Positions 25,561 to 38,224 of a DNA stretch of 64,000 nucleotides are shown here, one piece after another. The notes below the pieces were generated by a model that saw only the letters and a list, made by a program, of their open reading frames with translations, was not told where the DNA came from and did not search any database. Numbering within the stretch: the stretch's first letter is position 1; each line of letters begins with the position of its first letter. The DNA is from Octopus sinensis (taxonomy: Eukaryota): the NCBI RefSeq assembly GCF_006345805.1, contig NC_043000.1, forward strand, positions 124,682,001 through 124,746,000, written 5' to 3'. The translations under genes were made by a program, and so were the position numbers.

Positions 25561-25839
25561 TTGTATGTGTGTGTGTGTGTGTGTGTTTGTATGTATCTGT
25601 ATGTGTATATGTGTGTCTCCTCCACCACCCTGTTGACAACAGGTGTTAATTTGTTTACATTTCGTGACTTAGGAGTATGGCAAGAGTGATCGATAGAATA
25701 AGTACCAGACTTGAAAAAAGTATTGGGGTGGAAGTTGATTTGTTCAACTAAAACCCTTCAAAGTGGTGCTCCAGAATGGCCACAATCGATGGGGGAATCA
25801 AGTAAAAGAAAGATAAAAGAAAGTAAAGCATTTTTTAGT

Positions 25840-26196
25840 TTATTTGGGGAAAAAAAATGACCAAAGATTAACTACACCGCCACCACCGCCACCACCACCA
25901 CCACCAACAGCAGCATCACCACCATCATCAACACCACTACCACTGCCAGCACCAGTAGCAGCACCACCACCAGCACCCCCACCAGCAGCAGCAGCAGCAC
26001 CACCACCACCAACACCACCACATGCAGCATCGCCAGCATCACCAGCACAACCAGCACCCCCACCAACACCACCATGAGCAGCATCACCAGCATCACTAGC
26101 ACCACCAGCAACACCATGACCATCATCATCATCATCATCATCATCATTGTCATCATCATCATCATTGTCATCATCATCATTGTCATCATCATTGTC

Positions 26197-26227
<31 letters not shown>

Positions 26228-26390
26228 GCAGCATCAGCAGCAGCACCACTGCCACCACCACCACCACCACCACCGCCGCCACCACCACCAAAACCACCAC
26301 CACCACCACCACCATCCACACCCCCGCCACCACCGCCACCACCGTCACCACTACCATCGCCGCCAGCATTAGTATTATGATCATCCGCAA
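25840..26390. repeat. (CAC/CAT/CAG)n low-complexity array
   Basis: Direct. Confidence 0.95.
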
Positions 26391-26619
26391 CTGAAACATC
26401 TTGGTGGAAAGCTATATTAAAGCTGTCGTAAAGAACCATTTAACTATTACCATTTCCATTGTTTCACAGCAACTAGAGACACCACTGCTACTCTCATATG
26501 CTAATGACGGTGCAGCAACATATTTGCTTGATGTGCTAGAAGTAGCAGCTAAATCCTTCTCAAACAACTCATTGTTATCTTCAAAAAGGAAGAACACATC
26601 AGACTGTACTATGCTTAGA

Positions 26620-26657
<38 letters not shown>

Positions 26658-27278
26658 GGATAGATAGAGGGAGAGTGAAAGAGATGGAGAGAGAGGGGGA
26701 GAGAGAGGGAGAGATAGATAATAGATAGATACAAGGAGAAAGAGAGAGAAAGAGATAATAGATAGATTGATAGATAGAGGGAGGGAGAGAAGAAGAAAGG
26801 TGTGAGGATGTAGAATGGTCACTATCGGAATAGGGCTGACTTGAAGCTCAAAGACAACCATGATAATGACAACAGCAGAAGCAACAACAACACCAACAAC
26901 ACCAACAACAACAACAACACTCTTCTCAATATTATGCCTCTGATGTAACAAATGGCTCGACAAGACTCCACAAGAATACCTCATATCCATCATGGTTATC
27001 ATTCTAGTAAGATAACGGGGAAACGCTGCATTGAGTAGGATAAGAAGGGAGGAAGATGAGAAGAAATAAAATAAAATAGAATAAAATGAAATAAAGAGGA
27101 TGAGATGAAATAATGTGAGGAAAGGAAGAAAATATAAGAAAGTGAAACTAAAGAACACAGTAGAGGTAGTAGAGTACAAGGGGGGGGGGTGATTTTCTCT
27201 AGATAGGTTGATGGATATGAAAATTTTTTAAATGCTCACAGATCAACTTCTTTATTATTATTATTATTATTATTATTA

Positions 27279-27313
<35 letters not shown>

Positions 27314-27802
27314 TATTATTATTGATGCCAAGAACCTTCCTAAGTATCCCAGCTGTCCCTAGTAATATTCAAAATTAATTTATCTTTATGAAGAGTTATG
27401 TCAATTATCATTATTATTATTATTGAGTGAGAGAGCAGTGCATGCCATCAAAGTGACACTGGGGTAAAATATACGAAACCCAGTATACCCATCATGACTA
27501 CCCGTCCGATAAGGCTAGACCAGGCACATGCATCACAACCATATGTGCATGACATGGTGATCTCATATCAAGATAAACAGCACATGATCTTGCATGAGGG
27601 GCCCAGTTAGAATTTTCTTGAGGTTGAGTAGCCTATCCCACTCAAAAGGTGAATTATTCAAACTCCAAAGAATTCCTCTCAACACATGACTATGATGCTC
27701 CCCCACTACTTCTGCTTGTGATTGGAGATGCACATATTGTCAGCCACTAAAGGACATGCTTATTATTATTATTATTATTATTATTATATTATTATTATTA
27801 TT

Positions 27803-28013
27803 AAAGCAGTGAGCTGGCAGCATCATTAGCATGCTGGGAAAAATGCTTAGCAGTATTTTACCCATCCGTGTTTTGAGTTCAAATTCCGCCAGGGTTGACT
27901 TTGCCTTTCATTCTTTCAGGATCAATGAAATAAGTACCAGTTGAGTACTGGGGTCGATGTCATCGACTTTCTCCTGCCTCCAAAACCCCAGGCCTTGTAC
28001 TTATAGTAGAAAA
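27803..28013 (+). mobile_element. SINE family B
   Basis: GAGCTGGCAG A box, GAGTTCAAATTCC B box, core and tail. Confidence 0.85.
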
Positions 28014-28899
28014 CATCATTATAATCATTATTATTTTGGCCATCAATGCCATCAGCAGTTACCCAAAAAGGGAGTTTCTATAGGATCATTTGACCTGTCA
28101 GAAATAGCTGCCAAATTTTCCTCAAAAAACATTCTACCTTCTAAAAAAAAAGGACATAAATGGGATGGTCATGGCTGAAATGCCTGTCTTCATAGGTCTG
28201 CACAAGCAAGGTTGACCTGTAACAAAACAATAGCGCAATCAGTGACAGAATTACTGCGACACCCATTCTGTAGCATTGTACAAAGCCACAACTAAATGCT
28301 ATTAAGTTGGAAACCAAACCAAATTTCTTGTCCCTTGAATAAGGGAAAGAAAGAAAAGATGATAACAAGTGTAATAAATTTCCTTAGAAAAACCAATCAT
28401 GGTGTTGGAAATATTTGCTTGTATTGGTGCCAAATATATAATTACAAAACTATTGATGCCTACCACATTAGTTTACATATAAATATGACTATAATTCACC
28501 CCAGTCCCACCTACATCGCCATTCAGTCTGTTTTTTAAAAATTTATTTATAAATGGAGAGGAAATACAAACAGCTCTGTGAACAATACATTATTAAGGTC
28601 AGGTTATGATAAGTAACTCTTAATAATTATATCTTTGGGACCTTCATTGAAAATTTTAGCATTAGTTTTTATGTCTGTGGAGACTACAATGCCCATTTTG
28701 ATTACTGGTGACCCTATCTTTTAAATTGATAATAATTGTTTCGGTCAGTTTGCTTATTGAAAATTCATGATGTCTGTCATTGACATTTATGATATTTATC
28801 TTTGATGTGAAGCATATCAGAAACCTCTCTCTCTCTTTCTCCCTACCATTCTCTCTCTGTTGTTAGGATGCTAGTGAGTATTAGCCAATAGACATATGT

Positions 28900-29150
28900 G
28901 ATAAGGTACCTTGTTTACTGAGATAATTCAAGAACAAGGCAGACTGAATGATGTCATCGCAAAATATCAAAAGCACAAGTTCTGCTGGGCCGGAGATGCT
29001 ACAAAAGTGGACAGCTGGACCTGCAGAGTTGCTGAGTGGTATTCAAGAGATCAGAAAAGGTCCATTGGAAGGCCTCCACGATGATGGGAAGATGGTTTGA
29101 TCAAGGAATTAGGGCCAAGATGGAAAAGAGTGGTACAATCAAGACAGAAT
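28900..29150 (+). mobile_element. RTE-like LINE ORF2 3' fragment
   Basis: KHKFCWAGDATKVDSWTCRVAEWYSRDQKRSIGRPPR*WED. Confidence 0.7.
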
Positions 29151-29617
29151 TGAAAGTGCACTGTGACCAGCAGTGTATAACAACATCTGATGGTCTGGTC
29201 AATACTGCAATACTGTGATTGTTAATGTGAAACATGTCAAAAATCCCTCTTTCTCTTTTACAAGCCGGTGACATGTAAAAGCACCAACCGATTGTGCCCG
29301 TAGCCAGCTTCCTCTGGCCCCTGTGCCAGTGGCACGTAAAAAGCACCCACTACACTCACGGAGTGGTTGGCATTAGGAAGGGCATCCAGCTGTAGAAACA
29401 CTGCCAGATCACACTGGAGTCTGGTGCAGCCTCTTGGCTTCCCAGACCCCAGTTGAACTGTCCAACTCATGCTAGCATGGAAAACAGACTTTAAACGATG
29501 ATGATGATTTTCTATATTATATTTTATCTATGTATTTTGTATATATTTTCTATATTTGTTATATATAAATATTTTAAATATTATATTTTATGTATATTTC
29601 ATCTATATATTTTAAGT

Positions 29618-29955
29618 GGAGGCGCAATGGCCCAGTGGTTAGGGCAGTGGATGCGTGGTCATAGGATCATGGTTTCGATTCCCAGACCAGGCGTTGTGAG
29701 TGTTTATTGAGCAAAAACACCTAAAGCTCCACAGGGCTCTGGTAGGGGTTGGTGGCAAACCCTGCTATACTCTTTCACCACAACTTTCTCTCACTCTTTC
29801 GTCCTGTTTTTGTCACAATTTGTATCACACTGAATCTCTCTGAGAACTATGTTAAGGGTACACATGTCTGTGGAGTGCTCAGCCACTTACACATTAATTT
29901 CACAAGCAGGCTGTTCCGTTGATCAGATCAACTGGAACCCTCGTTATCGTAACCA
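29618..29955 (+). mobile_element. SINE family C, full length
   Basis: tRNA-like head and long tail shared with 63226-63589. Confidence 0.9.
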
Positions 29956-30295
29956 ATGGAGTGCCATAATATATTTTATTTCACATATATTTTACCTACA
30001 TATTTTATATATATTATATATATATATTTTATATATATCTTATATATATTTTATATATATCTTATAAACATTTTATATATATACTTTGAATATTGTATTT
30101 TACCTACATATTTTATATATATTTTATATATATATCTTATATATATTTTATGCATATATTTTAAATATTGTATTTTACCTACATATGTTATATATATTAT
30201 ATCGCTTTTACTTATCTTATTTATCTATTTTGTAAAGACAGTGCTCCAGCATGGCCACAGTCACATGACTGAAACAAGTAAAAGAGTAAAGAGTA

Positions 30296-30668
30296 TACTT
30301 GTTTCAGTCGTTTGACAGTGGCCATGCTGGAGCACTGCTTTTAGGCGAGCAAATCAACCCCAGGACTTATCCTTTGTAAACCTAGTACTTATTCTATCAG
30401 TCTCTTTTGCCAAACTGCTAAGTTACAGGGGTGTAAAGACACCAGCATTGGTTGTCAAGTGATGTTGGGGGGACAAACACTGACACACAAACACACACAC
30501 ATATATACATATACATATATATGATGGGCTTCTTTTCAGTTTCCATCTACCAAATCCACCTACAAGGCTTTGGTCAGACCAAGGCTATAGTAGAAGACAC
30601 TTGCCCAAGGTGCCACGGAACCATGTTGTTTGTAAGCAAGCTACTAACCACACAGCCACTCCTGCGCC
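30296..30668 (-). mobile_element. SINE family A
   Basis: As for the other family A copies; internal deletion near the B box. Confidence 0.85.
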
Positions 30669-30767
30669 TATAAATGTATAGATATTTATATATATATTTT
30701 AAATATTGTATGTTACCTACATATTTTATATATATATTATATACATAAATTTTATATATATATATTA

Positions 30768-31280
30768 CTAGCAGTATCGCCCGGCGTTGCTCGGGTTTGT
30801 AAGGGAAATAACTATATAAGCATTTTTAGAGAGTTACTTCCCTTATAGATGCCAATTCGGGCTTTCTTAGCCATTTCTGTTTTGGAGTCTTCAAGCCATG
30901 AAGTCGTTGTTCTAAAAGAACGTTGGTCTCCTTGACAACGCTTTACGACGTTGATTTCCTTACACTCCCTTCCCCACAGCTTCACGAGGGAGGGAAGAAG
31001 GGGGAGAAGCAAACAGGTGCAGGTGTGACCATGGACGCCAACTCCGCCACCATCGACACACGAAAAATTATGCATTAAAATGGAATAAAAAATGATGTTA
31101 AATTATTTTAAAAATCGTAGATTCATCGTAGACGCGCGCTAATACTCAGACGGGCTTGATATGAATCACGACTATAAGATACCCGAATTTGGTTAAACTG
31201 CACCGCAAAATGTGGGAGTAGTTAGGAATCTAAATCGAAGGGGACAGACACTCACACAACTACAGTTTTATATATATAGA
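30768..31280 (-). mobile_element. Complete non-autonomous Helitron, 513 bp
   Basis: Minus strand A|TCTATATATATAAAAC ... CCCGAGCAACGCCGGG hairpin ... CTAG|T, no TSD. Confidence 0.9.
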
Positions 31281-31439
31281 TATTTTACCTACATATTTTA
31301 CCTACATATTTTACCTACATATTTTAGAAATATATTTTATACATTATATTTTATATATATCTTATACATATATTATATATAGTATACATATATATAGTAT
31401 ATTTTACCTGTATAGTTTTTACCTACTATATTTTCTTAC

Positions 31440-31665
31440 CTCCACAGATTAAATATAGGTTTGTGCTCAAATTGATGGCAGTGTGGCATTATTGCATCAG
31501 GTTCACATAAATCTTGCAAAATGCATTGATCTTTGCATCACAAATGGTGGAAATCATATTGAAGATGTTATTTGTTGATATTCCAATTGAATAAAATGTT
31601 GAAAATTCTACATGTATTTCTTGAAAATATACATTTTGCCTATGTGTTCAAAGTTTAGGGACACC
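31440..31665 (+). mobile_element. Tc1/mariner transposase C-terminal remnant
   Basis: KCIDLCITNGGNHIEDVI* resembles the C-terminal CI..xGGHFE motif. Confidence 0.6.
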
Positions 31666-32442
31666 CCAAAGAATTCTTGCCTGATTATGTCCTGGCTATG
31701 ACTTTAAACAACATCCAGTAGTGTGGGGACCTGGTTTGGTAGTTTTAGGGTTTTGACAAATGTGGAACCCCTTTTAGCCACATTGTTCCCAGGTCTAATC
31801 TGACCTGGAGTAGCTGTACATGTTAGGGTTCCAAGTATGGATTAATTAACATGTCATAACACTGCTTCTGGAAGAAGGTCACTAACAGAAACCCTACCTA
31901 GGGCAGATGAGACCTTTTAGCTTTTTAGCCACTCATCTAAAAGAATATAACCCAATACAGATCCTGCATCCTGATAGCAATTGGGCTCATGACACTTATT
32001 GCGCCAGAGTAATACAAGCTGCAAGGATGAAAGAGTGAAACTGCTAAGTTCCAGGCTGTCAAATTGTGATTGGGGACAAACACAAACACACACACATATA
32101 TATATTAAAAGCAGCCTGTCCACACTAACATGGTTGGCACCCAGCTGTAAAACTCTTGCCAAAGCTAACTAGCCTGTGCTAGTGCCACATAAAAAGCACT
32201 GAGTCCACTCTGCAGAGTAGTTGGTGTTAGGAAGGGCATCCAACCGTAAAATTCCTGCCAAAACAGACATAGCAGCCTTGGGTAGATTTTATACCTGGCT
32301 GGCTCCTGTCAACCATCCTATCCATGCAGGCATGGAAGTTGGACATTAAACGATGCCGACAACGATGACGATGATCATATATATATATTTCAGTTTTGGA
32401 TTTGGTTTACAAGATTCTTTATGTGAGTTCGTGTGTTGAATC

Positions 32443-32582
32443 ATATACTGTTGTGTCTGTGGAGAGTCATTTTCTTTTTGTACCTTATAATTTAACACAC
32501 TCAGTGGTAAAATTTTACTGGTGAGTGTGTTACATTATAAGGCACAAAAAGAAAATGACTCTCCCCAGACACAACAGTATAT
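32443..32582. repeat. ~140-bp near-perfect palindrome (fold-back)
   Basis: Arms ATATACTGTTGTGTCTG.GGAGAGTCATTTTCTTTTTGT.CCTTATAAT.TAACACACTCA and its reverse complement. Confidence 0.95.
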
Positions 32583-32622
32583 AAGGGTGACACGCAAATT
32601 CTTGAAGCGTTCCATATTTTTA

Positions 32623-32788
32623 GGCACAGGAGTGGCTGTGTGCAAGTAGCTTGTTTACCAACCACATAGTTCCGGGTTCAGTCCCACTGCGTGGCACCTT
32701 GGGCAAGTGTCTTCTACTATAGCCGACCAAAGCCTTGTGAGTGGATTTGGTAGATGGAAACTGAAAGAAGCCCGTCGTATATATATAT

Positions 32789-32819
<31 letters not shown>

Positions 32820-33043
32820 GCGTGTGTGTGTTTGTGTGTCTGTGTTTGTCCCCCTAGCATTGCTTGACAACCGATGCTGGTGTGTTTATGTCCCCTTTAC
32901 TTAGCGGTTCGGCAAAAGAGACCGATAGAATAAGTACTGGGCTTACAAAAGAATAAGTCCCGGGGTCGAGTTGCTCAATTAAAGGTGGTGCTCCAGCATG
33001 GCCGCAGTCAAATGACTGAAACAAGTAAAAGAGTAAAAGAGTA
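32623..33043 (+). mobile_element. SINE family A, full length
   Basis: A and B boxes, core, (AGTAAAAG) tail. Confidence 0.9.
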
Positions 33044-34904
33044 TATATATATACCCAGGACTAACTTTGTCACACTGTGTCATCTTTAATTTCCCCGAAA
33101 ACTACATTAAGGGTACATATATTTGTGGAATTCTCAGCCACTTGCATGTTAATTTCCTGAGCAGCCCGTTCATTGATTGGATCAACTGGAACCCTTGTGG
33201 TTGTAATTGACAGAGTGCCAGTTATTTATATATACATGTATATGAATGGCTTCTTTCTGTTTCCATCTACCAAATCCACTCACAAGGCTTTGGTTGGCTT
33301 GAGCCTAAAGTAAAAGACATTTGTCCAAGGTGCCATGCAGTGGAAGTGAACTCAGAATCACGTGGTTAGGAAGCCAACTTCTTATCATACGGCCTCACCT
33401 GCACCTAGTGCATATTTTTTTCAGATAATATATCTTGGATTACACTATCCAATATAGCCTTTTTTTCTTTAAAGTCAGCAATAGTGTATGCTTTGAAAAA
33501 ATTTAACTGTTATTTCTAGCAGGTTACGTGACGAAACAAAAGACCCCCTCCTATGTAGCTCAGCAACGACATTGCATAGCAATTTACTATTTCTGCCAAT
33601 TTATTGGTCTACATCAATTTGTTGATGTCTAGTTGTTATATCCTATAGAGCTTTCACATTATTATTGATCATTGACAACATGTAATGTTAATTTGCAAGA
33701 AGAGTTTTAGACTACAAATAAGTGAATAAATAAAATAAAAAATAAAAAATGAAGAAATTAAAAAAAAAAATTTCAGTCTTGTCAAATTCAATTGAAATTC
33801 TGTTGCAAATTTTTATTCATTTATATATGGTGACAGTTTGGAGGATTTCTGTGTTTCAAATTCAAAGTGATTCTGTAAAATATATGAGACATTTTTGCTG
33901 TCACTGAAAATAGGACAAATTTACTATAGGTGAGAATTTCAATAACTGCAGATACATCAAATATAATTGAACAGCTTGAATCACTGAACAAGATGTTTTC
34001 AGATATTTGTGATTTGCATACATGCACTGACCATGTTCTCCAATGATCTAAAACAATGGTTCTCAAATGACCCTCAGGGGAACATATAAGATTTTGATGT
34101 TGAAATTTATAACACAATATATTGGTTAAACGCCTACAATATACAGAGTATTGTTGAAATATTTTTTATACAATTCCTAATAACATTTCATTATAAAAAT
34201 ATGTGATTTAAAAAAAAAAACACTGAACGGCTATGAGGGTACACCTGAGTAAAATAGGAATCAAAAGGGTCCATAGGTAAAAAATGGTTGAGATCATCCT
34301 CGTTGTCATCGTCGTCATCATTCCCGTCGTCGTCATCATCGTTGTCGTCATCATCATCATCATCATCATTTAACATCCGTTTTCCATGCTGGCACAGGTT
34401 GGACGGTTGGACTGAGGGCTGATGAGCCCCAGGCTCCAGTCCGATCTGGCAATGTTTCTACAGCTGGATGCCCTTCCTAACACCAACCACTCCGTGAGTG
34501 TAGTGGGTGCTTTTTACATTCCACCGGCACGAGGGCCAATCAGGCAGTACTGGCATTGGTTATGCTTGAATAGTACTTTTTACATGCCACTGGCAGAGGA
34601 GCCAGTCAGGCGGCACTGGCAACAATCACACGCAAATGTTGCTTTTTACATGCCAACAGCACGGGACCAGTCAGGCAGCACTGGCACTGACCATGCTTGA
34701 ATGGTGCTTTTTACATGCCTCCAGCACAGGTTCCAATCAGGCGGTACTATCATCGGCCAAGACAACGACTGATCTAAAATTAATCTCACTAGTTCAGAAA
34801 ATCCTGTAAAGGCCACAGGTATTGTATTATCCTCCAGACTCTAAAATAGCTTAGCTGTTACTTGTAAATGTATGTATCTTTGTAGCATGTACTATGCTTT
34901 CACT

Positions 34905-35325
34905 AATTGTTTAGACCCAGGAAGATATGGGACAAAGTGGTGAGAAAGGATCTACTGATGTTGGTACTCACAGAGGGGAATGTCAGGGGACCGAGACTCC
35001 TGGCAGTTTGTTATGCTTGAAAAGACATATCAAGCTAAGTAAAAGCATGGTTGTCTTTGCATACAGGCTCATCCCTTGCAACCCTCTCCGGATGAGCACC
35101 CCTAATCTTGTGGGCTTGTAAGTGCTGGTGCCACATAAAAAGCACCCATGCTGGTGCAGTTTAAAAGCACACTCTGTAAAGTGGTTAGAGTTAGGAAGGG
35201 CATCCAACCATAGAAACCATACCAAAACAGATATGGAGACTGAACAGCCCTTAGCTGGTCAGCTCTTGTGAAACTGTCCAACCCATGCCAGCATAGAAAA
35301 CAGACGTTAAATGATGATGATGATG
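34905..35325 (+). mobile_element. 3' end of the RTE family (ORF end plus tail)
   Basis: RPRKIWDKVVRKDL homologous to GRPRKTWDEVVKHDL of ORF 45419. Confidence 0.75.
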
Positions 35326-35879
35326 ATCTGAGTAGTCATGAGCAGACCTAGATATTTTCCTGAACATCCCCTTTCCCCCACCTCACCATTGCCTCCATGA
35401 AACGCCAAGGAGGTGACTGCTGGAAGGAGTGAGGGCCACCCTAGAAATCAGCTGGTACCAACTTTTTAGTCAAGTAGACAGGAGCAACATGAAAAGAAGT
35501 GCCTTGCTCAAGGATGCAAGGTGTTGTTAAGTCCAGGATGTGAGCAAATGCATGTATGATCGTGAGGCCATCACTCTAACCAACAGACCATCAGCTTTAA
35601 CAGATCCAATACATTAATACAAAACAGGTTGTTATTTGTTTTTTAATCCTGGGTTAATTGTAACTTAGTAGATCTATGAAGAAAAACATTCCAATTGGCA
35701 CCACTTTGTCTTTTAGATGTACCAAGGACCACATTATCCAATTTTTTTGTTAGATGAAGGGGAGTATTTAAGCATTACAAGTCAAGGAGGGACCTCTACA
35801 CAGTCAGTTGACTGATGGAAATAAAAGCTAATTTACCTCAAATCATCCTTCACTCTTCTCAAAAAATAATAATAATGGT

Positions 35880-36263
35880 TTCAACTTTTGGCACAACACC
35901 AGCAAGTGTAGGGAAGGGGATCAGTCAATTACATCGACCCAGTACTCAACTGGTACTTATTTTATCAATTCTGAAAAGATTAAAGGCAAAGTCAACCTCG
36001 GCAGAATTTGAACTCAGAATGTAAAGCATCTCATTTCTTTATTGCCCATAAGGGGCTAAACATAGAGGGGACACACAAGGACAGACAAAGGAATTAAGTC
36101 GATTACATCGACCCCAGTGCGAAACTGGTACTTAATTTATCGCCCCCGAAAGGATGAAAGGCAAATTCGACCTCAGCGGAATTTGAACTCAGAACATAAC
36201 GGCAGATGAACTACAGCTACACATTTCGCCCAGTGTGCTAATGTTTCTGCCAGCTCACTGCCT
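35880..36263 (-). mobile_element. Dimeric SINE family B
   Basis: Same two-unit layout as 62081-62500. Confidence 0.85.
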
Positions 36264-36762
36264 AGATAATAATGAAATAATGATAAAAAAATCTTTGGAA
36301 AACATAGTTGTAGATATACAAACAAAGTTAGTATGGTCATTGCTGGAAACACCTTTGAACATAGTATGTTTAGCCAGAGCTGACCTCAGGCTAAACAACT
36401 ACCACCACCACCCTCACCACCACCAACAACATCAATAACAAGAACAACGATGTCAACAACAACAGTAACAACACTACAATGCTTTATGTTACTGAGGTGT
36501 AGAATCCTTTGGTTATGTTTGGGCAAATCCATAACGTATAGCTATGTAACCAATAAAGTACTTTGAAAGACTCTATTGATCAAGCATTCTGATATGCCAA
36601 TACAAGGATGCTTTGAAAATTGGTTTCAGATAAATTTCAGTGTTTGATCAACACCCAGTCATGTCTATGACAGGTAACAGCAATATACCACATGTATAGA
36701 GTCAGGCTGTACATTATATGTTAACGTAAAACTGGATGCCATTTTAAATTTATCTTTTTTAT

Positions 36763-37060
36763 ATATTGTTATATTTTGGAATGGTCATTTTTTTTCTTGC
36801 CAAATAAACACATGCACTATATATCCATTCTTCACTCTTTTATTATTGTTCTTATTTTATCTTATGTCCTGAACAGGAGGAGACACTTTTGATGGGAGAG
36901 TCGTTGAAGAGGTCACAGGTGTGTGATGAAAGATTTCCAGACAATGGACATAAGATAAAATAAAAATGATAAATGAGTTAAAAAGGAACATATAGTGCTT
37001 GTGTTTATTTGGGAAGTAAAAAATGACTATCCTGAAATCTAACAATATCTGTTTCAATAC
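36763..37060. mobile_element. Penelope-like terminal-repeat derivative with inverted arms
   Basis: Left arm ~36763-36869, right arm ~36946-37060; homologous to 25063-25515. Confidence 0.65.
36898..36942 (+). ncRNA. Hammerhead-like motif, family 3
   Basis: GTCG-TTGAAGA-G-GTCAC-AGGTGT-GTGAT-GAAA-GATTTC-CAGAC. Confidence 0.6.
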
Positions 37061-37394
37061 ATGATAACAGATCAGGAATATGCAAACCAAAATAACCAAT
37101 TTTTCTGCTGTTTTAAGGACGATACTGCATTTGAAAATATTATTTTCTTGTCTGTATCATATAATACACATTTGAAGCTTCTAAAAATAAAAAAATGTTA
37201 AAACATAAAAACAAATGTAAGTTTGTTTATATACACATATGGTTGTTAAATTCATAAGTGTTTTTTTATATAAAAAATTATATGTAATAAAGGCAAAAGC
37301 CATATTAATACTAAAATATATATACCCTTACTTAAAAGTGGATATTATGTTAGAACACAGAAAACTGTGTTATTTACCATGAGAGAACCTCTCA

Positions 37395-37670
37395 TATGGA
37401 CTTGTGGTGCAGAAATTTAACAGTCTGAAAAAGTTATATCTTTATGGCATAGGGGTAGATGTTTTCAAGAAACAACTTGATCTCCTGCTGTCCAAGGTCC
37501 CAAATGAATCTATATCAAGGCAAGAAACTCAAAAGAGGGCAGCTCTGTTGAAAACTCCCTCCTTCACCAAAAGCCAATCACATAATATTGGCCACTGAGA
37601 AGATGATTACACTGGTGGTGCTCCAGCATGGCGACAACCTTTCAGCTGAAACATATAAAAGAAATAAAGG
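37395..37670 (+). mobile_element. CR1/L2-group LINE 3' end (ORF2 end plus 3' UTR)
   Basis: KFNSL..LYGIGVDVFKKQLDLLLSKVPNE; tail GGTGCTCCAGCATGGC..GCTGAAAC..TAAAAG. Confidence 0.7.
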
Positions 37671-38006
37671 AAATATTTTGGCAATACATATTTTAAGAGA
37701 AGATTAGCATGGCTTCTACTCAAAGATGACATGCAAATTCATGAAGCATTCCACAATTCTGTTGGCACAGGCATGGCTGGGTGGTCAAGAAACTCATTTT
37801 GCAATCATATGGACTTTGGTTCAGTCGTACTGCATGACACACTTGGGTAAGTATCTTCTACTATAGAAATCCTTATGAGTTGGATTTGATAGTTTGCCAG
37901 ACTGAAACTTAAAGAAGCCCATTGTATACATACATACATACATACATACATACATACATACATACATACATACATACATGCATACATGCATACATGCATA
38001 CATACA

Positions 38007-38038
<32 letters not shown>

Positions 38039-38040
38039 AG

Positions 38041-38073
<33 letters not shown>

Positions 38074-38189
38074 GGCCCTTATGGGCCAGGCATGGCTTGA
38101 GAAGGAACAAAAAACAACATATATATATATATTAATCGAATTACTTTATGGAAGTTCTGTCACTTAATTCTCTCTCTCTCTTTCTCTCC

Positions 38190-38224
<35 letters not shown>

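Noticed and set aside
25840-26439. Gly/Asp/Pro/Ile-rich ORFs on both strands
   Set aside because: Trinucleotide low-complexity DNA is open in most frames.
28660-28710. YVCGDYNAH, an APE-endonuclease-like motif or candidate exon
   Set aside because: Too short, with two open frames and no flanking homology.
29618-29690. tRNA gene
   Set aside because: It is a SINE head: A and B boxes continue into a repeat body with no complete cloverleaf. The same applies to the other SINE heads.
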